DNA of 64,000 nucleotides, taken from the NCBI GenBank assembly GCA_964016885.1, contig OZ024742.1, forward strand, positions 204,786,001 through 204,850,000, given 5' to 3'. The notes beneath the pieces are model-generated. The model made no database searches. It was not told where the DNA came from and saw only the letters and a program-made list of their open reading frames with translations. The translations under genes were made by a program, and so were the position numbers. This DNA comes from Eledone cirrhosa. Lineage: Eukaryota. Position 1 is the first letter of the stretch. Each line of letters starts with the position of its first letter. Below are positions 23,952-37,728 of this stretch, in pieces.

Positions 23952-24393
23952 TTAATCTAACTTTTGATACCAACCCACCTGACACTGCACCTCGTTCTAT
24001 GGCATTAAACTATTTGTTTTAAACTGCTTATAGTTATCTAAAATCCTTCCATCATTATATTATGTAAGAACCTTTGTTTAGTTGTGTTCCAAACACCAGC
24101 TTAATAATGAGAAAGTTAGTTCTATGACTAAATCTCTTCAAATCTTTGATTATTTTCAAAATTGTTTGAAAATCAAAAGTAGTGTCTTTCATTAGAGCAG
24201 GGTTTCCCAAACTTTTTCAAATGCGGAACTCTTTTTGGTTCAGAAACTTTTGGAAGAAGCCCAAAGTCTAATACAGTTATATGGTCATAATATAAATATA
24301 ATCCTCTACCTTTTTTCATGGAACCCCAGACTCATTTTTGCGGAACCCACTTTGGGAACCACTGTGTTAGAGATACGATACTAAAAGAATTAA
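23952..24393. mobile_element. piggyBac-type MITE hosting a nested hAT MITE
   Basis: Internal sequence is collinear with 18180-18428. Confidence 0.7.
24198..24364. mobile_element. hAT (Charlie-like) MITE with an 8-bp target site duplication
   Basis: TIRs are CAGGGTTTCCCAAA and TTTGGGAACCACTG. Flanks are CATTAGAG and TGTTAGAG, both derivable from CGTTAGAG by CpG decay. Confidence 0.8.
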
Positions 24394-24866
24394 AATTCAG
24401 TGAATAAAGTACTGGTTTTTTGGACAGTGGGTTACAAGTTAGTTTGTTATTTTGAATATTTAATGCTCGGTGGGAAGAAATATTTATATGAATCCATTCC
24501 CGTTTCAGTTAAGCTATCTTGGTAGCAGGGGCATCAAATTATCTGGATAATTGCCTTTGTACAACACACATCATGTTAGTTGTGTTTGAACACAATGTAT
24601 AAATACATGGCCCACAAGCTCTCCAGCCTCCCCAATCACAGCTACATATTCTGGTCTCATGCCAAATGGATCTTAGCCAAAATATGTCAACTCCACCTAT
24701 CCATCACTCCAAAAGTCAGACACTTCCACCAGTTGTACCTCGGCAGCCACAAATATCATATTCATTAATACTATACATGTGGATTAAAACACACATACAC
24801 ACATTATATTATACAAACATGGACATGTACTAATCATACACATATGTCCGATCTCTGCCTGCATGG

Positions 24867-24913
<47 letters not shown>

Positions 24914-25044
24914 TGTATGTGTGCATGCATGCATGCATTTATATATGTGCAAAGATGAAATGTGGTGAATTGGCAAAGTTGTTAGAGTGTTGGATTAAAT
25001 GTCTTGCAGCATTTGTTCCGACTCTCTGCACTCTGTACTAAGGT

Positions 25045-26695
25045 ATTTGGTAGAGTCATAACCATATGAAACAGATGCACCTGTAATAAAGTAGGTAGTA
25101 GAGTCATTAGTAAGGTAGTTGGAAGAGTCATTAGCATATGTAACAAAACAAACCTGTAGGAGAGTCATTAGCTTATGTAACAAGACACACCTGTAGAAAG
25201 GTAATTGGTGGAATCGTTAACATATGCAACAAGACACACCTGTAGTAAGGTAGTTGACAGAGTCATTAACGTTGTGACAAGATACACCTGTAGTAAGGTA
25301 GTTAGTAGAGTTGTTAACGTATGTAACGAGCCAGACCTGTAGTAAGGTAGTTAGTAGAGTTGTTAACGTATGTAACGAGTCAGACCTGTAGTAAGGTAGT
25401 TAGTAGAGTCGTTAACATATGTAACGAGCCAGACCTGTAGTAAGGTAGTTAGTAGAGTCGTTAACATATGTAACGAGTCAGACCTGTAGTAAGGTAGTTA
25501 GTAGAGTCGTTAACGTATGTAACGAGTCAGACCTGTAGTAAGATAGTTAGTAGAGTCGTTAACATATGTAACGAGCCAGACCTGTAGTAAGGTAGTTAGT
25601 AGAGTCGTTAACATATGTAACGAGTCAGACCTGTAGTAAGGTAGTTAGTAGAGCCGTTAACGTATGTAACGAGTCAGACCTGTAGTAAGGTAGTTAGTAG
25701 AGTCGTTAACGTATGTAACGAGCCAGACCTGTAGTAAGGTAGTTAGTAGAGTCGTTAACATATGTAACGAGTCAGACCTGTAGTAAGGTAGTTAGTAGAG
25801 TCGTTAACATATGTAACGAGCCAGACCTGTAGTAAGGTAGTTAGTAGAGTCGTTAACATATGTAACGAGTCAGACCTGTAGTAAGGTAGTTAGTAGAGTC
25901 GTTAACGTATGTAACGAGTCAGACCTGTAGTAAGATAGTTAGTAGAGTTGTTAACGTATGTAACGAGCCAGACCTGTAGTAAGGTAGTTAGTAGAGTCGT
26001 TAACATATGTAACGAGTCGGACCTGTAGTAAGATAGTTAGTAGAGTCGTTAACATATGTAACGAGCCAGACCTGTAGTAAGGTAGTTAGTAGAGTTGTTA
26101 ACGTATGTAATGAGTCAGACCTGTAGTAAGATAGTTAGTAGAGTCGTTAACGTTGTAACAAGATATACCTGTCATAAGGTAGTTAGTAGAATCGTTAACA
26201 TATGTAACGAGATACACCTGTAGTAAGGTAATAGGTGGAGTCGTTAACATATGTAACGAGATATACCTGTAGTAAGGTAGTTAGTAGAGCTGTTAACGTA
26301 TGTAACGAAATACACCTGTAGTAAGGTAGTTGGTAGAGTCATTAGCATATGTAACGAGACACACCTGTAAAAAAGGTAACTGATGGAGTCATTATGTAAC
26401 GAGATAAACCTGTATGAGTTCTCATCTCATCTGTCACATAGTCTGGTGGAACACTGGGGTGCCAAAGATGACCTGGCAACCAGCTCCTTCCATTCCCCTC
26501 ACCTTTCCGTCATCCTCATGGTTGCACTCAGGTTAGTAGAGTCGTAAACATATGTAATGAGATACACCTGTAGTAAGGTAGCTGACAGAGTTGTTAATAT
26601 ATGTAATGAGATACACTTGTAGTAAGGTAGCTGACAGAGTTGTTAATATATGTAACGAGATACACCTGTAGTAAGGTTATTGATGGAGTCATTAG
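25045..26695. repeat. 49-bp minisatellite, about 30 copies, interrupted at ~26413-26530
   Basis: Unit is ACCTGTAGTAAGGTAGTTAGTAGAGTCGTTAACATATGTAACGAGTCAG. The core is homogeneous and the edges are diverged. Confidence 0.95.
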
Positions 26696-26967
26696 TGTGT
26701 TGACTAGAAAGATTTTTGTGCTCTGAGTTCAAAACATGCCAAAGTCAAGTTTGCCTTTCATCCTTTCAGAGTTAATAAGTACCAGTGAAATACTAGGGTA
26801 TCTCTCTCTCTCTCAGAATCACAGTGTGTAAGTTGAGAAAGATTTGACTTGTATTAATGGTGTGGATCTTTAGCAGAGTGAATATTGTCGATGGATCATA
26901 TAGATCATGAGGGAAAGGGCACATTATATCAAGTCCAGGAAGATCAAGTGTTAAACTGAATATTGAA

Positions 26968-27186
26968 TTAACCCTTACCGTTTTGCTGCCAACCTACTCA
27001 AACTCTGTTTCTATGAAACAAATGCACCTGTTATAAATGGTTCCAATTTAGAGTGAAATGTTCCAAAATGATTTTATATAAGAATCTTTCATTGAAACTG
27101 AATAATTTCAGGAAATACCTCTAAACGTTCCATTAATTTAATGAAATATAAGTGTTTCATTAGAAATATGGTCATGAAAAGGTTAA
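26968..27186. mobile_element. piggyBac-type MITE, diverged copy
   Basis: Ends are TTAACCCTT and TTTCATTAGAAATATGGTCATGAAAAGGTTAA. Confidence 0.65.
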
Positions 27187-28253
27187 GGCTCCTGTAAAAT
27201 ACCCAGGCCATTCATGCTAATTCTACAAGGAGATCATTAGACAGTCAATTAAGTAAGAAAATTGAACTATTTTGTTGCTGATTGAAGTTAGCTGACAAAT
27301 GAGCTATGCTTAGCTAAATGTTAGATGATAGAATTGATAGAATTAGTGTTTTCTTGTAGAATTCATTACAAGAGATGCTAACTAGTGATTGCCATGATGA
27401 ATATTAACCTCATCCTCCTCGGCTATTCTTGTAACAATAATGCTTGGATTGTTATTCCATGGAGAGAGGGGAGAAAAGTTGATTGTGTTGGTGTTGGTGG
27501 TGATGGTGGCACCACCAACAACATCAATACAACCACCACAAGCATCACTGCCAACAACAATACCTCCATCACCACCACCAACATCAATAAACCCACTAAC
27601 ACTAACAACAACCCTACCACCACTATCAACACCAACTCCAATATAATCACAAGCAATACCACCACCATCACCATTAACAAAAACATCAACCAGTATAAAC
27701 AATAAACAAAAGACACTATCAATAGATTGAACAGGAAAAATAAAACTCCATTAATTTGCTGAAAAGGAAAACCAAATTGAGACATTGTTGATTTTCAACA
27801 ATTGAATATATATCAAATACTTCTTTCTTGTCTTTCCTTCTTTCTTTCCCCTTTTGTATATTTTTCCTTTTATTTTTCTTTCCTTCTCTTCACTCCCTTC
27901 TCTTAAATACAATATGTTTCTCCCTCTCCTTTTCTTTCTATTCCTCCTTCCTTTCTATTTCTCACTCTCTCACAAACTCTGTCTCTCTCCTTACCCACTC
28001 ACCCACCTCTCTCTCGTTCAGTCAATTATTATTTTGGCTGCTGTTCATAACAATGTAAACAACACCACCACAACAACATCAATACCAACAGCACCAACAA
28101 TAACCATCATACCACCAGCAATGCCCCCAGTGAAATCAGTCAGTATCAGTGGTGTTACTGTGTGTACAGAAACAATGAGTGAGAAGACCTGGAAGACAAG
28201 AAGGATCTTTTGAAACCAGATTTTTAAATAGAACCTGGTTGTTGTGACCTCGA

Positions 28254-28571
28254 TTTTCCACTGACACCATTGCCATCACCTAATTTCCACTGACACCACT
28301 GCCATCACCTAATTTCCACAGATATCATTGCCATCAGCTAATTTCCACTGATACCATTGGTACCACCTATTTTCCTCTAACACCATCTATTTTCCACTGA
28401 CACCATAACCACCATTGCCATCACCTAATTTCCATTGCCACCATTACCTATTTTCCTCTACCACCATTGCAATCACCTAATTTCCACTGATACCACCTAA
28501 TTTCTACTGACACCATTTCCATCACCTAATTTCCACTGACACTGTTGTCACCAACCACCTATTTTCCACTG
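28254..28571. repeat. Imperfect 29-bp tandem repeat, about 11 copies
   Basis: Unit is TAATTTCCACTGACACCATTGCCATCACC. Confidence 0.85.
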
Positions 28572-28829
28572 ATATTCAGATGTAAAACATTTCTTTATTC
28601 AGGTAAAACATCTCTTTATTTCTTGTCCTTTTTGTATTTATGGATGAACTAACATCATATTAACCATTATATTTATAGCTATTACATTTCATTATATATA
28701 TATCTATATATAATTCCCTCCTTTTTATTTATTTATTTATATATTTGTTGTCACTCATTGAAAGGGAGATGACTGAAGAAGGTGACATAGCGTTCAAAGA
28801 TTCGCTACACTTGTGTGTTTATATATGTA

Positions 28830-29220
28830 GTGAATATATTTACATTTGTATAAATAACATTATAAATGGGGAAGGGGTAAAGATAGAGTAGATCTGGCTA
28901 TATGTGAAAGTAGAAGAAAGGACTATAAAAGCCATAAATGAGAGAAAAGGCAAGGACTCTAGGGCCACAGAAGGGGAAAGGGTGATGGGCTCTGGGCCTA
29001 GGGTGCAGCGGTCTTGGGGTTGCTCCCTGTGAACAAAACTACAAAAGCATTTCCGTGGACAATGGCCAACAAGACCTGCTGCAACAGCCACTCCACCCTA
29101 CGAAACTCCTTCCTCAGATGGGCTGATGTTCCAATCTTGCAAAGAAGCTCGGCAGTATGGGGTCCGAGGATGCTTGAGGTTTCAACGGCGACTGGTGTGA
29201 AGAGGAAGCTGCCAGACAAT
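28830..29220 (-). mobile_element. 3' remnant of a CRE-like non-LTR retrotransposon (end of the restriction-like endonuclease)
   Basis: ORF 28998-29219 reads FTPVAVETSSILGP..LLCKIG..WLLQQVLLAIVHGNA, fitting the CRE C-terminal pattern F.P.A.ET.G..G...L.QR.S.A.QRGNA. Confidence 0.6.
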
Positions 29221-30159
29221 CCCTGGTATTTGTTTGTCTTCCTTCCTTCTCCTCACTTTCCCAGATAACCTAACCTCTCACCCACCCAGCCCACCTACAC
29301 ACTCTGCACCATCACCCCACTCATTCTCAATTCCTCTGCCTCCATTGTCTGTGCAGCCAAACACAAGATTTCAAAACATAGGCACATTATATAGCTAGAC
29401 TGTTCATTCAGCAAGATTACCCTCACCTGTGCCTGTATAGTTGACTGCACCACTGCCCTCACACAATACCCCCCCCCCCCCATTTCACCAACCAACTCCC
29501 ATTCCCTCTTACCTACCAACCCTCCATTTTGTTCCTCTATAAGACAATCCTCCATCTCTTCTGCTGCCTCTAGTCAAATCTAGCTCAGCAACCAGTCTCT
29601 GGTTGCCCAGCATTTCCACTCAGTTGGACACTCTACTCACTACCTTACAATTTTCAGTCTTGTTGCTTGCCCCAGACCCTCAGACTCAAACCTGAGCAGA
29701 GAACAGAACCTTATTTTCTCTCTAGACTTTTGCTGGACATGGCTTAAATACTGTTCTTTTTCCCTTAGCCTGCTTTTTCCCAGCATCTACCTTCCATCCA
29801 CTCTCACACCAACACACCCATTCATATGCATACTAGACACGCACAGATACGTAAACACATACACTGACACAACTAATTAATTAGTTACATCAACACAACC
29901 ATAGATACACACATAATTTTATTTATGCTACTAATATACTAGCACACCACTCTAATACCAACACACACACACACTATCCCCAGCACCCACCAACGGACCC
30001 ACCCACACATGTACATAGACACACCAACACAACAATAAACAAATATACACATCTGATTTTACTAAAGCTACTAATTAACTAACTAATGAAACTAACACAA
30101 CCAATACCTATACTAAACGACCAGCTTAAACATTAACACTACACTCCTTTACTATCATA

Positions 30160-30325
30160 GGTGGTGAATCGGCAGATCATTAAGACGTCGGATAGAATGC
30201 TTTACGGTATTCGTCCCACTTCATTGCATGCTCTGAGTTCAAATCCCATTGGGGTCAACTTTCTTTCATCCTTTCGAGGTTGATAAAAAAAATTTTAAAA
30301 AGTACCAGTCCGGTACTGGGGTCGG
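30160..30325 (+). mobile_element. SINE copy
   Basis: GGTGGTGAATCGGCAGA..CTGAGTTCAAATCCC..CTTTCATCCTTTCGAGGTTGATAA..AAGTACCAGT. Confidence 0.75.
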
Positions 30326-32209
30326 TTCTTCCTCTATAGAAAAAATCGGCTGTGTTCAGACCTGGAGAGGATTGGGCTCCGCTAGGTTTCAAAGTACCCT
30401 AGACACACCGTATGATGGTGCCTCTACGACTCCACAAGGAGTTATAGATCTTTATCCTATTTTTGTCTTTTACTATCAGTACACATATACACTACCACCA
30501 TCACCTCAAATAGGCACAACATCTCACCCTCACAGTGACCCCTATAACTACACTACCACCTCATTCATTGTCACCACACCTTCACCCAATACCACCTCCA
30601 TTTTTAGTGTGCTACATACAGTCGCCTCACCCCTTGCCTGGCCACTTCCTGAAATAGCCCAGCTTTGACCCTTTCACACCATTCCTTCTTGCATGCTTTG
30701 ATTCCAGCCCTTAATTATACCACACCAGAATACTGTCATGCAAGAATATGCACACACATAGACAAACTAAAAACCACATAAACTCACAAACGTACACGAA
30801 CACGAACACACACACACACAACTACATTAAAAATTCAGACATGCAGATACACACACGCACATCCAGTGTCAAATTATTTTGTTGTAGTGGGATAAAAATT
30901 GTAGATTATGGTAGAAGACACAAAATGTTATGCAGCAGGATTGAACACAAAACCACCTGATTCCTAGGTGAACTTCTTAACCACACAGCCATGCCTACAC
31001 CTAGAACCACACACATATATCATCATCCTTCTACATCCACATTCCATGTTGACATGGGTTGGATGACATTTTCCTAATGCCACAAATAGAAGATATATAA
31101 CATTTTTTTCTACCTATCTGTGTTGTGTGTTGTGTGTTGTGTGTAAATATCACCTGGAGATTATCAGAGACAGATACTTGAAAGTCATCACAATATACAT
31201 CCAGATGATAAAAATATTCTACAGAAAGAAGAAAATTGGCAGAATCAGTAGAGCAATGGATGAAATGCCTTATACTATTTACTTTGGTTCTCTACTGTCT
31301 AAGTTCAAATTTCACTGAGGTCAACTTTGCTGTTTGTTGCTTTTTATAAATCAGTCCAGGATGATGGATTGACAAAATTGTTAGAGTGGCAGATAAGATC
31401 AGATGCCTTTGCAGTATATGTTCCAGCTCTGTGATTTCTGAGTTCAAATCCCGCCTTCTGTCACTGAAAAAATGGTGATATCATAGGACTGGTGACATCT
31501 ATCATTAGAATAACCAAGAAACCTGCTATGAGATATAACCCCAAAATAACTATAATGCTTATGTTTTACTGAATTTTACAATATATCTCAGGTAAGGAAT
31601 AGTTACACCATATCCCTGCATGGAACAACCCCTGGTTCTGTAATACAAAGCTGTTTATTTTGATTTATATATATCCAAAAACCTTCTATCAGAATTTTAT
31701 AAGAACATTTGTAAACTTATGTTCCATACACCAGCTGACCAATGAGAAAGATATTTATACTAAATCTCTCCAAATTCTGATTATTTTCTAAATTATTTAA
31801 AAATTATAGTGTCTTTCATTAGAGTTCTTGCTGTGGTATTGTATATATACAAAACAGAAAATAAAAAAAAAAACAACAGCAAAATTTTAGAGTAACAGGA
31901 ATCTGAATAAATTTGCAGCTGTTTGAAATGATGTCTTAAATTTGTTAATCACTCAAACATAGAGGACATGATTTCATTTGAAAACATTATGATATAATAA
32001 GTCATTCTGACAGGGTGTATAAATATTACAGCTTTGAGAGACATCATCAGCATAGCTGAGAAAAAGAGTGTAGAGTGAAGGGAGCAGTGAGGGAGGAGTT
32101 ATCTGTTATGATTTATAGTGCCATAAAGAGAGAAGAGGGTGGTGGATTTAGGTTTATAACAATAATAGAGTCAATAACTGTAGCTTAGTCACACAGTAAA
32201 GATAATTGG

Positions 32210-35200
32210 AAGTAAACAGAGTTAGAATTACAACATACAGCTATAGAGAAGATAGCAACAGCATCAATAGACATTACAACTGTAAATCCAGCTATAGAGA
32301 AGATAGCAACAGCATCAATATACATTACAACAGTAAGTAGAGCTATACCAACAGCTATTACAACAGTAAATACAGAAGATGGCAATAGCACCTGTAGACA
32401 TTACAACAGTAAGTAGAGCTATAGAGAAGATAACAACAGAACCAACAGACATTACAACAGGAAGTAGAGCTATAGAGAAGATAACAACAGAACCAACAGA
32501 CATTACAACAGGAAGTAGAGCTATAGAGAAGATAACAACTAAACCAACATACATTACAACAGTGAGTAGAGCTATAGGAGAAGATAACAAAACCAACAGA
32601 CATTACAATAGTAAGTAGAGCTATAGAGAAGATAGCAACAGAACCAGCAGATATTACAACAGTAAGTAGAGCTATAGAGAAGATAGCAACAGGACCAACA
32701 GACATTACAACAGTAAGTAGAGCTATAGAGAAGATAGAAACAGAACCAAAAGACCTTACAACAGTAAGTAGAGCTATAGAGAAGATAACAGAACCAACAG
32801 ACATTACAACAGTAAGTAGATCTATAGAGAAGATAACAACAGAACCAACAGACATTACAACAATAAGTAGAGCTATAGAGAAGATAACAACAGAACCAAC
32901 AGACATTACAACAGTAAGTAGAGCTATAGAGAAGATAACAACAGAACCAACAGACATTACAACAGTAAGTAGGGCTATAGAGAAGATAACAACAGAACCA
33001 ACATACATTACAACAGGAAGTAGAGCTATAGAGAAGATAACAACAGAACCAACAGACATTACAACAGTAAGTAGAGCTATACAGAAGATAGCAACAGAAC
33101 CAACAGACATTACAACAGTAAGTAGAGCTATAGAGAAGATAACAACAGAACCAACAGACATTACAACAGGAAGTAGAGCTATAGAGAAGATAACAACAGA
33201 ACCAACAGACATTACAACAGTAAGTAGAGCTATAGAGAAGATAACAAAAGAACCAACAGACATTACAACAGTAAGTAGAGCTATAGAGAAGATAACAGAA
33301 CCAACAGACATTACGACAGGAAGTAGAGCTATAGAGAAGATAACAACAGAACTAACAGACATTACAACAGTAAGTAGGGCTATAGAGAAGATAACAACAG
33401 AACCAACAGACATTACAACAGGAAGTAGAGCTATAGAGAAGATAGCAACAGAACTAACAGACATTACAACAGGAAGTAGAGCTATAGAGAAGATAACAAC
33501 AGAACCAACAGACATTACAACAGTAAGTAGAGCTATAGAGAAGATAACAGAACCAACAGACATTACAACAGTAAGTAGATCTATAGAGAAGATAGCAACA
33601 GAACTAACAGACATTACAACAGTAAGTAGAGCTATAGAGAAGATAACAACAGAACCAACAGACATTACAACAATAAGTAGAGCTATAGAGAAGATAACAG
33701 AACCAACAGACATTACAACAGTAAGTAGAGCTATAGAGAAGATGACAACAGAACCAACAGACATTACAACAGTAAGTAGAGCTATAGAGAAGATAACAGA
33801 ACCAACAGACATTACAACAGTGAGTAGAGCTATAGAGAAGATAACAACAGAACTAACAGACATTACAACAGTAAGTAGAGATATAGAGAAGATAGCAACA
33901 GAACTAACAGACATTACAACAGTAAGTAGAGCTATAGAGAAGATAACAACAGAACCAACAGACATTACAACAGTGAGTAGAGCTATAGAGAAGATAACAA
34001 CAGAACCAACAGACATTACAACAGTAAGTAGATCTATAGAGAAGATAGGAACAGAACTAACAGACATTACAACAGTAAGTAGAGATATAGAGAAGATAAC
34101 AACAGAACCAACAGACATTACAACAGTAAGTAGAGCTATAGAGAAGATAACAACAGAACCAACAGACATTACAACAGTAAGTAGAGCTATAGAGAAGATA
34201 ACAACAGAACCAACAGACATTACAACAATAAGTAGAGCTATAGAGAAGATAACAGAACCAATAGACATTACAACAGTAAGTAGAGCTATAGAGAAGATAA
34301 CAGAACCAACAGACATTACAACAGTAAGTAGAGCTATAGAGAAGATAACAACAGAACCAACAGACATTACAACAGTAAGTAGGGCTATAGAGAAGATAAC
34401 AACAGAACCAACAGACATTACAACAGGAAGTAGAGCTATAGAGAAGATAACAACAGAACCAACAGACATTACAACAGGAAGTAGAGCTATAGAGAAGATA
34501 AGAACAGAACCAACAGACATTACAACAGTAAGTAGAGCTATAGAGAAGATAGCAACAGAACGAACAGACATTACAACAGTAAGTAGAGCTATAGAGAAGA
34601 TAACAACAGAACCAACAGACATTACAACAGGAAGTAGAGCTATAGAGAAGATAACAACAGAACCAACAGACATTACAACAGTAAGTAGAGATATAGAGAA
34701 GATAACAGAACCAACAGACATTACGACAGGAAGTAGAGCTATAGAGAAGATAACAACAGAACTAACAGACATTACAACAGTAAGTAGGGCTATAGAGCAG
34801 ATAACAACAGAACCAACAGACATTACAACAGGAAGTAGAGCTATAGAGAAGATAGCAACAGAACTAACAGACATTACAACAGGAAGTAGAGCTATAGAGA
34901 AGATAACAACAGAACCAACAGACATTACAACAGTAAGTAGAGCTATAGAGAAGATAACAGAACCAACAGACATTACAACAGTAAGTAGATCTATAGAGAA
35001 GATAGCAACAGAACTAACAGACATTACAACAGTAAGTAGAGCTATAGCGAAGATAACAACAGAACCAACAGACATTACAACAATAAGTAGAGCTATAGAG
35101 AAGATAACAGAACCAACAGACATTACAACAGTAAGTAGAGCTATAGAGAAGATGACAACAGAACCAACAGACATTACAACAGTAAGTAGAGCTATAGAGA

Positions 35201-36345
35201 AGATAACAGAACCAACAGACATTACAACAGTGAGTAGAGCTATAGAGAAGATAACAACAGAACTAACAGACATTACAACAGTAAGTAGAGATATAGAGAA
35301 GATAGCAACAGAACTAACAGACATTACAACAGTAAGTAGAGATATAGAGAAGATAACAACAGAACTAACAGACATTACAACAGTAAGTAGAGCTATAGAG
35401 AAGATAACAACAGAACCAACAGACATTACAACAGTGAGTAGAGCTATAGAGAAGATAACAACAGAACCAACAGACATTACAACAGTAAGTAGATCTATAG
35501 AGAAGATAGGAACAGAACTAACAGACATTACAACAGTAAGTAGAGCTATAGAGAAGATAACAGAACCAGCAGACATTACAACAGGAAGTAGAGCTATAGA
35601 GAAGATAACAACAGAACCAACAAACATTACAACAGTAAGTAGAGCTATAGAGAACCAACAGACATTACAACAGTAAGTAGAGCTATAGAGAAGATAACAG
35701 AACCCAACAGACATTACAACAGTAAGTAGAGCTATAGAGAAGATAACAGAACCAACAGACATTACAACAGTAAGTAGAGCTATAGAGAAGATAACATAAC
35801 CAACAGACATTACAACAGTAAGTAGAGCTATAGAGAAGATAGCACCAGAACCAACAGACATTACAACAGGAAGTAGAGCTATAGAGAAGATAACAACAGA
35901 ACCAACAGACATTACAACAGGAAGTAGAGCTATAGAGAAGATAGCAACAGCACCAACAGACATTACAACAGTGAGTAGAGCTATAGAGAAGATAGCAACA
36001 GAACCAACAGACATTACAACAGTAAGTAGAGCTATAGAGAAGATAGCAACAGAACCAACAGACATTACAACAGTAAGTAGAGCTATAGAGAAGATAACAA
36101 CAGAACCAACAGACATTACAACAGGAAGTAGAGCTATAGAGAACCAACAGACATTACAACAGTAAGTAGAGCTATAGAGAACCAACAGACATTACAACAG
36201 TAAGTAGAGCTATAGAGAAGATAGCAACAGCACCAACAGACATTACAACAGTGAGTAGAGCTATAGAGAAGATAGCAACAGAACCAACAGACATTACAAC
36301 AGTAAGTAGAGCTATAGAGAAGATAGCAGTACCACAGACAATTAC
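32210..36345. repeat. 51-bp minisatellite (with 48-bp and 38-bp variants), about 80 copies, containing a ~1410-bp higher-order duplication
   Basis: Unit is AGAGCTATAGAGAAGATAACAACAGAACCAACAGACATTACAACAGTAAGT. It generates the 1275-aa and 644-aa ORFs in the track. Confidence 0.97.
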
Positions 36346-36607
36346 TAGAGTAGCATAACAACAAGCGTGGTTATAAAACTACAGCAATAGAGCTGTGGTA
36401 TTATGGTACCATAGCAACAGCAGCACAGACTATAGAGTACCAAATACTAAGGGAAGTAATCATATATAACCACAAGGAAAAAATGAGTTAATACACACAT
36501 GCATTTAGGAAAACTATTGTTCCAAACTAAGCATATAGAACTAATAAGGAAATACATAAAATACTTAATAAAAATGATTAAGCTGGAGCAGTTGTATTTT
36601 CAATAAA

Positions 36608-37728
36608 TGCGTGTATTTGTATGTAAAGTTATACAGCTGTCATCCTTCATATGCATCATGTCTATACCAAGGCATTCTCTACTCCTGCACACTGCATCTG
36701 ATCCTTCTTATGCCCAGTTTCTCTCTCAGTTCATTTATGCTTTGCTGTTCATGTATATATTACTATTACACATCCATCGGAGCATGCCAGCTTCATTCTT
36801 TCCAATCTACACAGGTCCTCTGCACACAGCGCCCAGGTACCATGCAACATTGCTGTTCATATACACGCACCATACAATCTCCCATTCATTTTGAGGGGGA
36901 AACCTTTTGTAGCTAGCAGTAGTAGTAGCTCCCTGAACTTTCTCCATCTCATTCTCACTTTGGCTACTGTACTTGCAAAACTCTCACCTCCACTGCTAAT
37001 TTGATCACCCAGGTAACAAACTATCAATTACTTCTACCAAGCCCACCTGTTATTTAAAGGAGTTAGTATCCTGTGGGCTCTCGCATCACTACTTACTGCA
37101 CCTGTGCAGTGGCCACATATAATGTCTTCTCTAGTTCTGCCATAGATTCAGTTATAAGGGATAAGTGATCTGCATACAAAAGTTCCCATGGGCAGCCAAT
37201 CTTAAACTTCTATTACAGCCTGCAAGATGATGATAAACATGAGAGGGGTAAGAAGGGAGCCCTGATGGACTCCTACCTGCATACTAAATTCTTCATTCCA
37301 ATTGTTATTAATTCTAACCTACCGGGGTCGATAAAATAAAGTACCAGTAATGTACTGGGTTATTGCTGGCCTTGTGCCTAAAGTAGAAATAGTTATTAAT
37401 TCTAACCTTGCTGACTATTCCTCTATACATGGCTTGTACTGCCCTCACAAGTCACTTATCTACTTCTAGTTTTCTAAGTGCCCACCAGATAATAGAACGC
37501 GGGACTCGCCAAAAGCTTTCTCCAGATCAATAAATGCCAAGTAGAGCGGTTGACTATTAGCTAGATACGTCTCCTGCAGTTGCCTCACAAAGAAGAGGGC
37601 ATCAGTGGTACTTTTACCTGGCACAAATCCAAACTGCCTCTCATCTAGGTTAACTCGGTCCCTGATCAGCTGTGACCTTCATGACCTGGTCAATCAACTT
37701 GATGCCTGTATAGTGTTTTCTGTCTAGA
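36608..37728 (-). mobile_element. Decayed RTE LINE fragment (RT to C-terminal region)
   Basis: Collinear with ~1480-2730, with internal deletions. It is cut off at TCTAGAG by a hAT-like end (CAGAGGTGGGGAAC). Confidence 0.85.
37321..37391 (+). mobile_element. 5'-truncated SINE with a 17-bp target site duplication, inside the RTE fragment
   Basis: GTTATTAATTCTAACCT occurs at 37304-37320 and 37392-37408, flanking CGGGGTCGATAAAATAAAGTACCAGT...AAGTAGAAA. Confidence 0.85.

Noticed and set aside
25045-26695. CRISPR-like appearance of regular repeats (also 32210-36345)
   Set aside because: The units are head-to-tail with no unique spacers, there are no cas genes, and the context is eukaryotic.
28770-28805. 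Hammerhead-like CTGAAGA...; similar partial motifs at ~12636-12660 and ~20305-20340
   Set aside because: Each lacks either the GAAA or the CUGANGA half of the core. At best they are decayed remnants.
32358-36185. 1275-aa hydrophobic ORF as a membrane protein
   Set aside because: It consists entirely of a 51-bp tandem repeat, with no unique domains, no convincing start or splice context, and frameshifts at the array edges.
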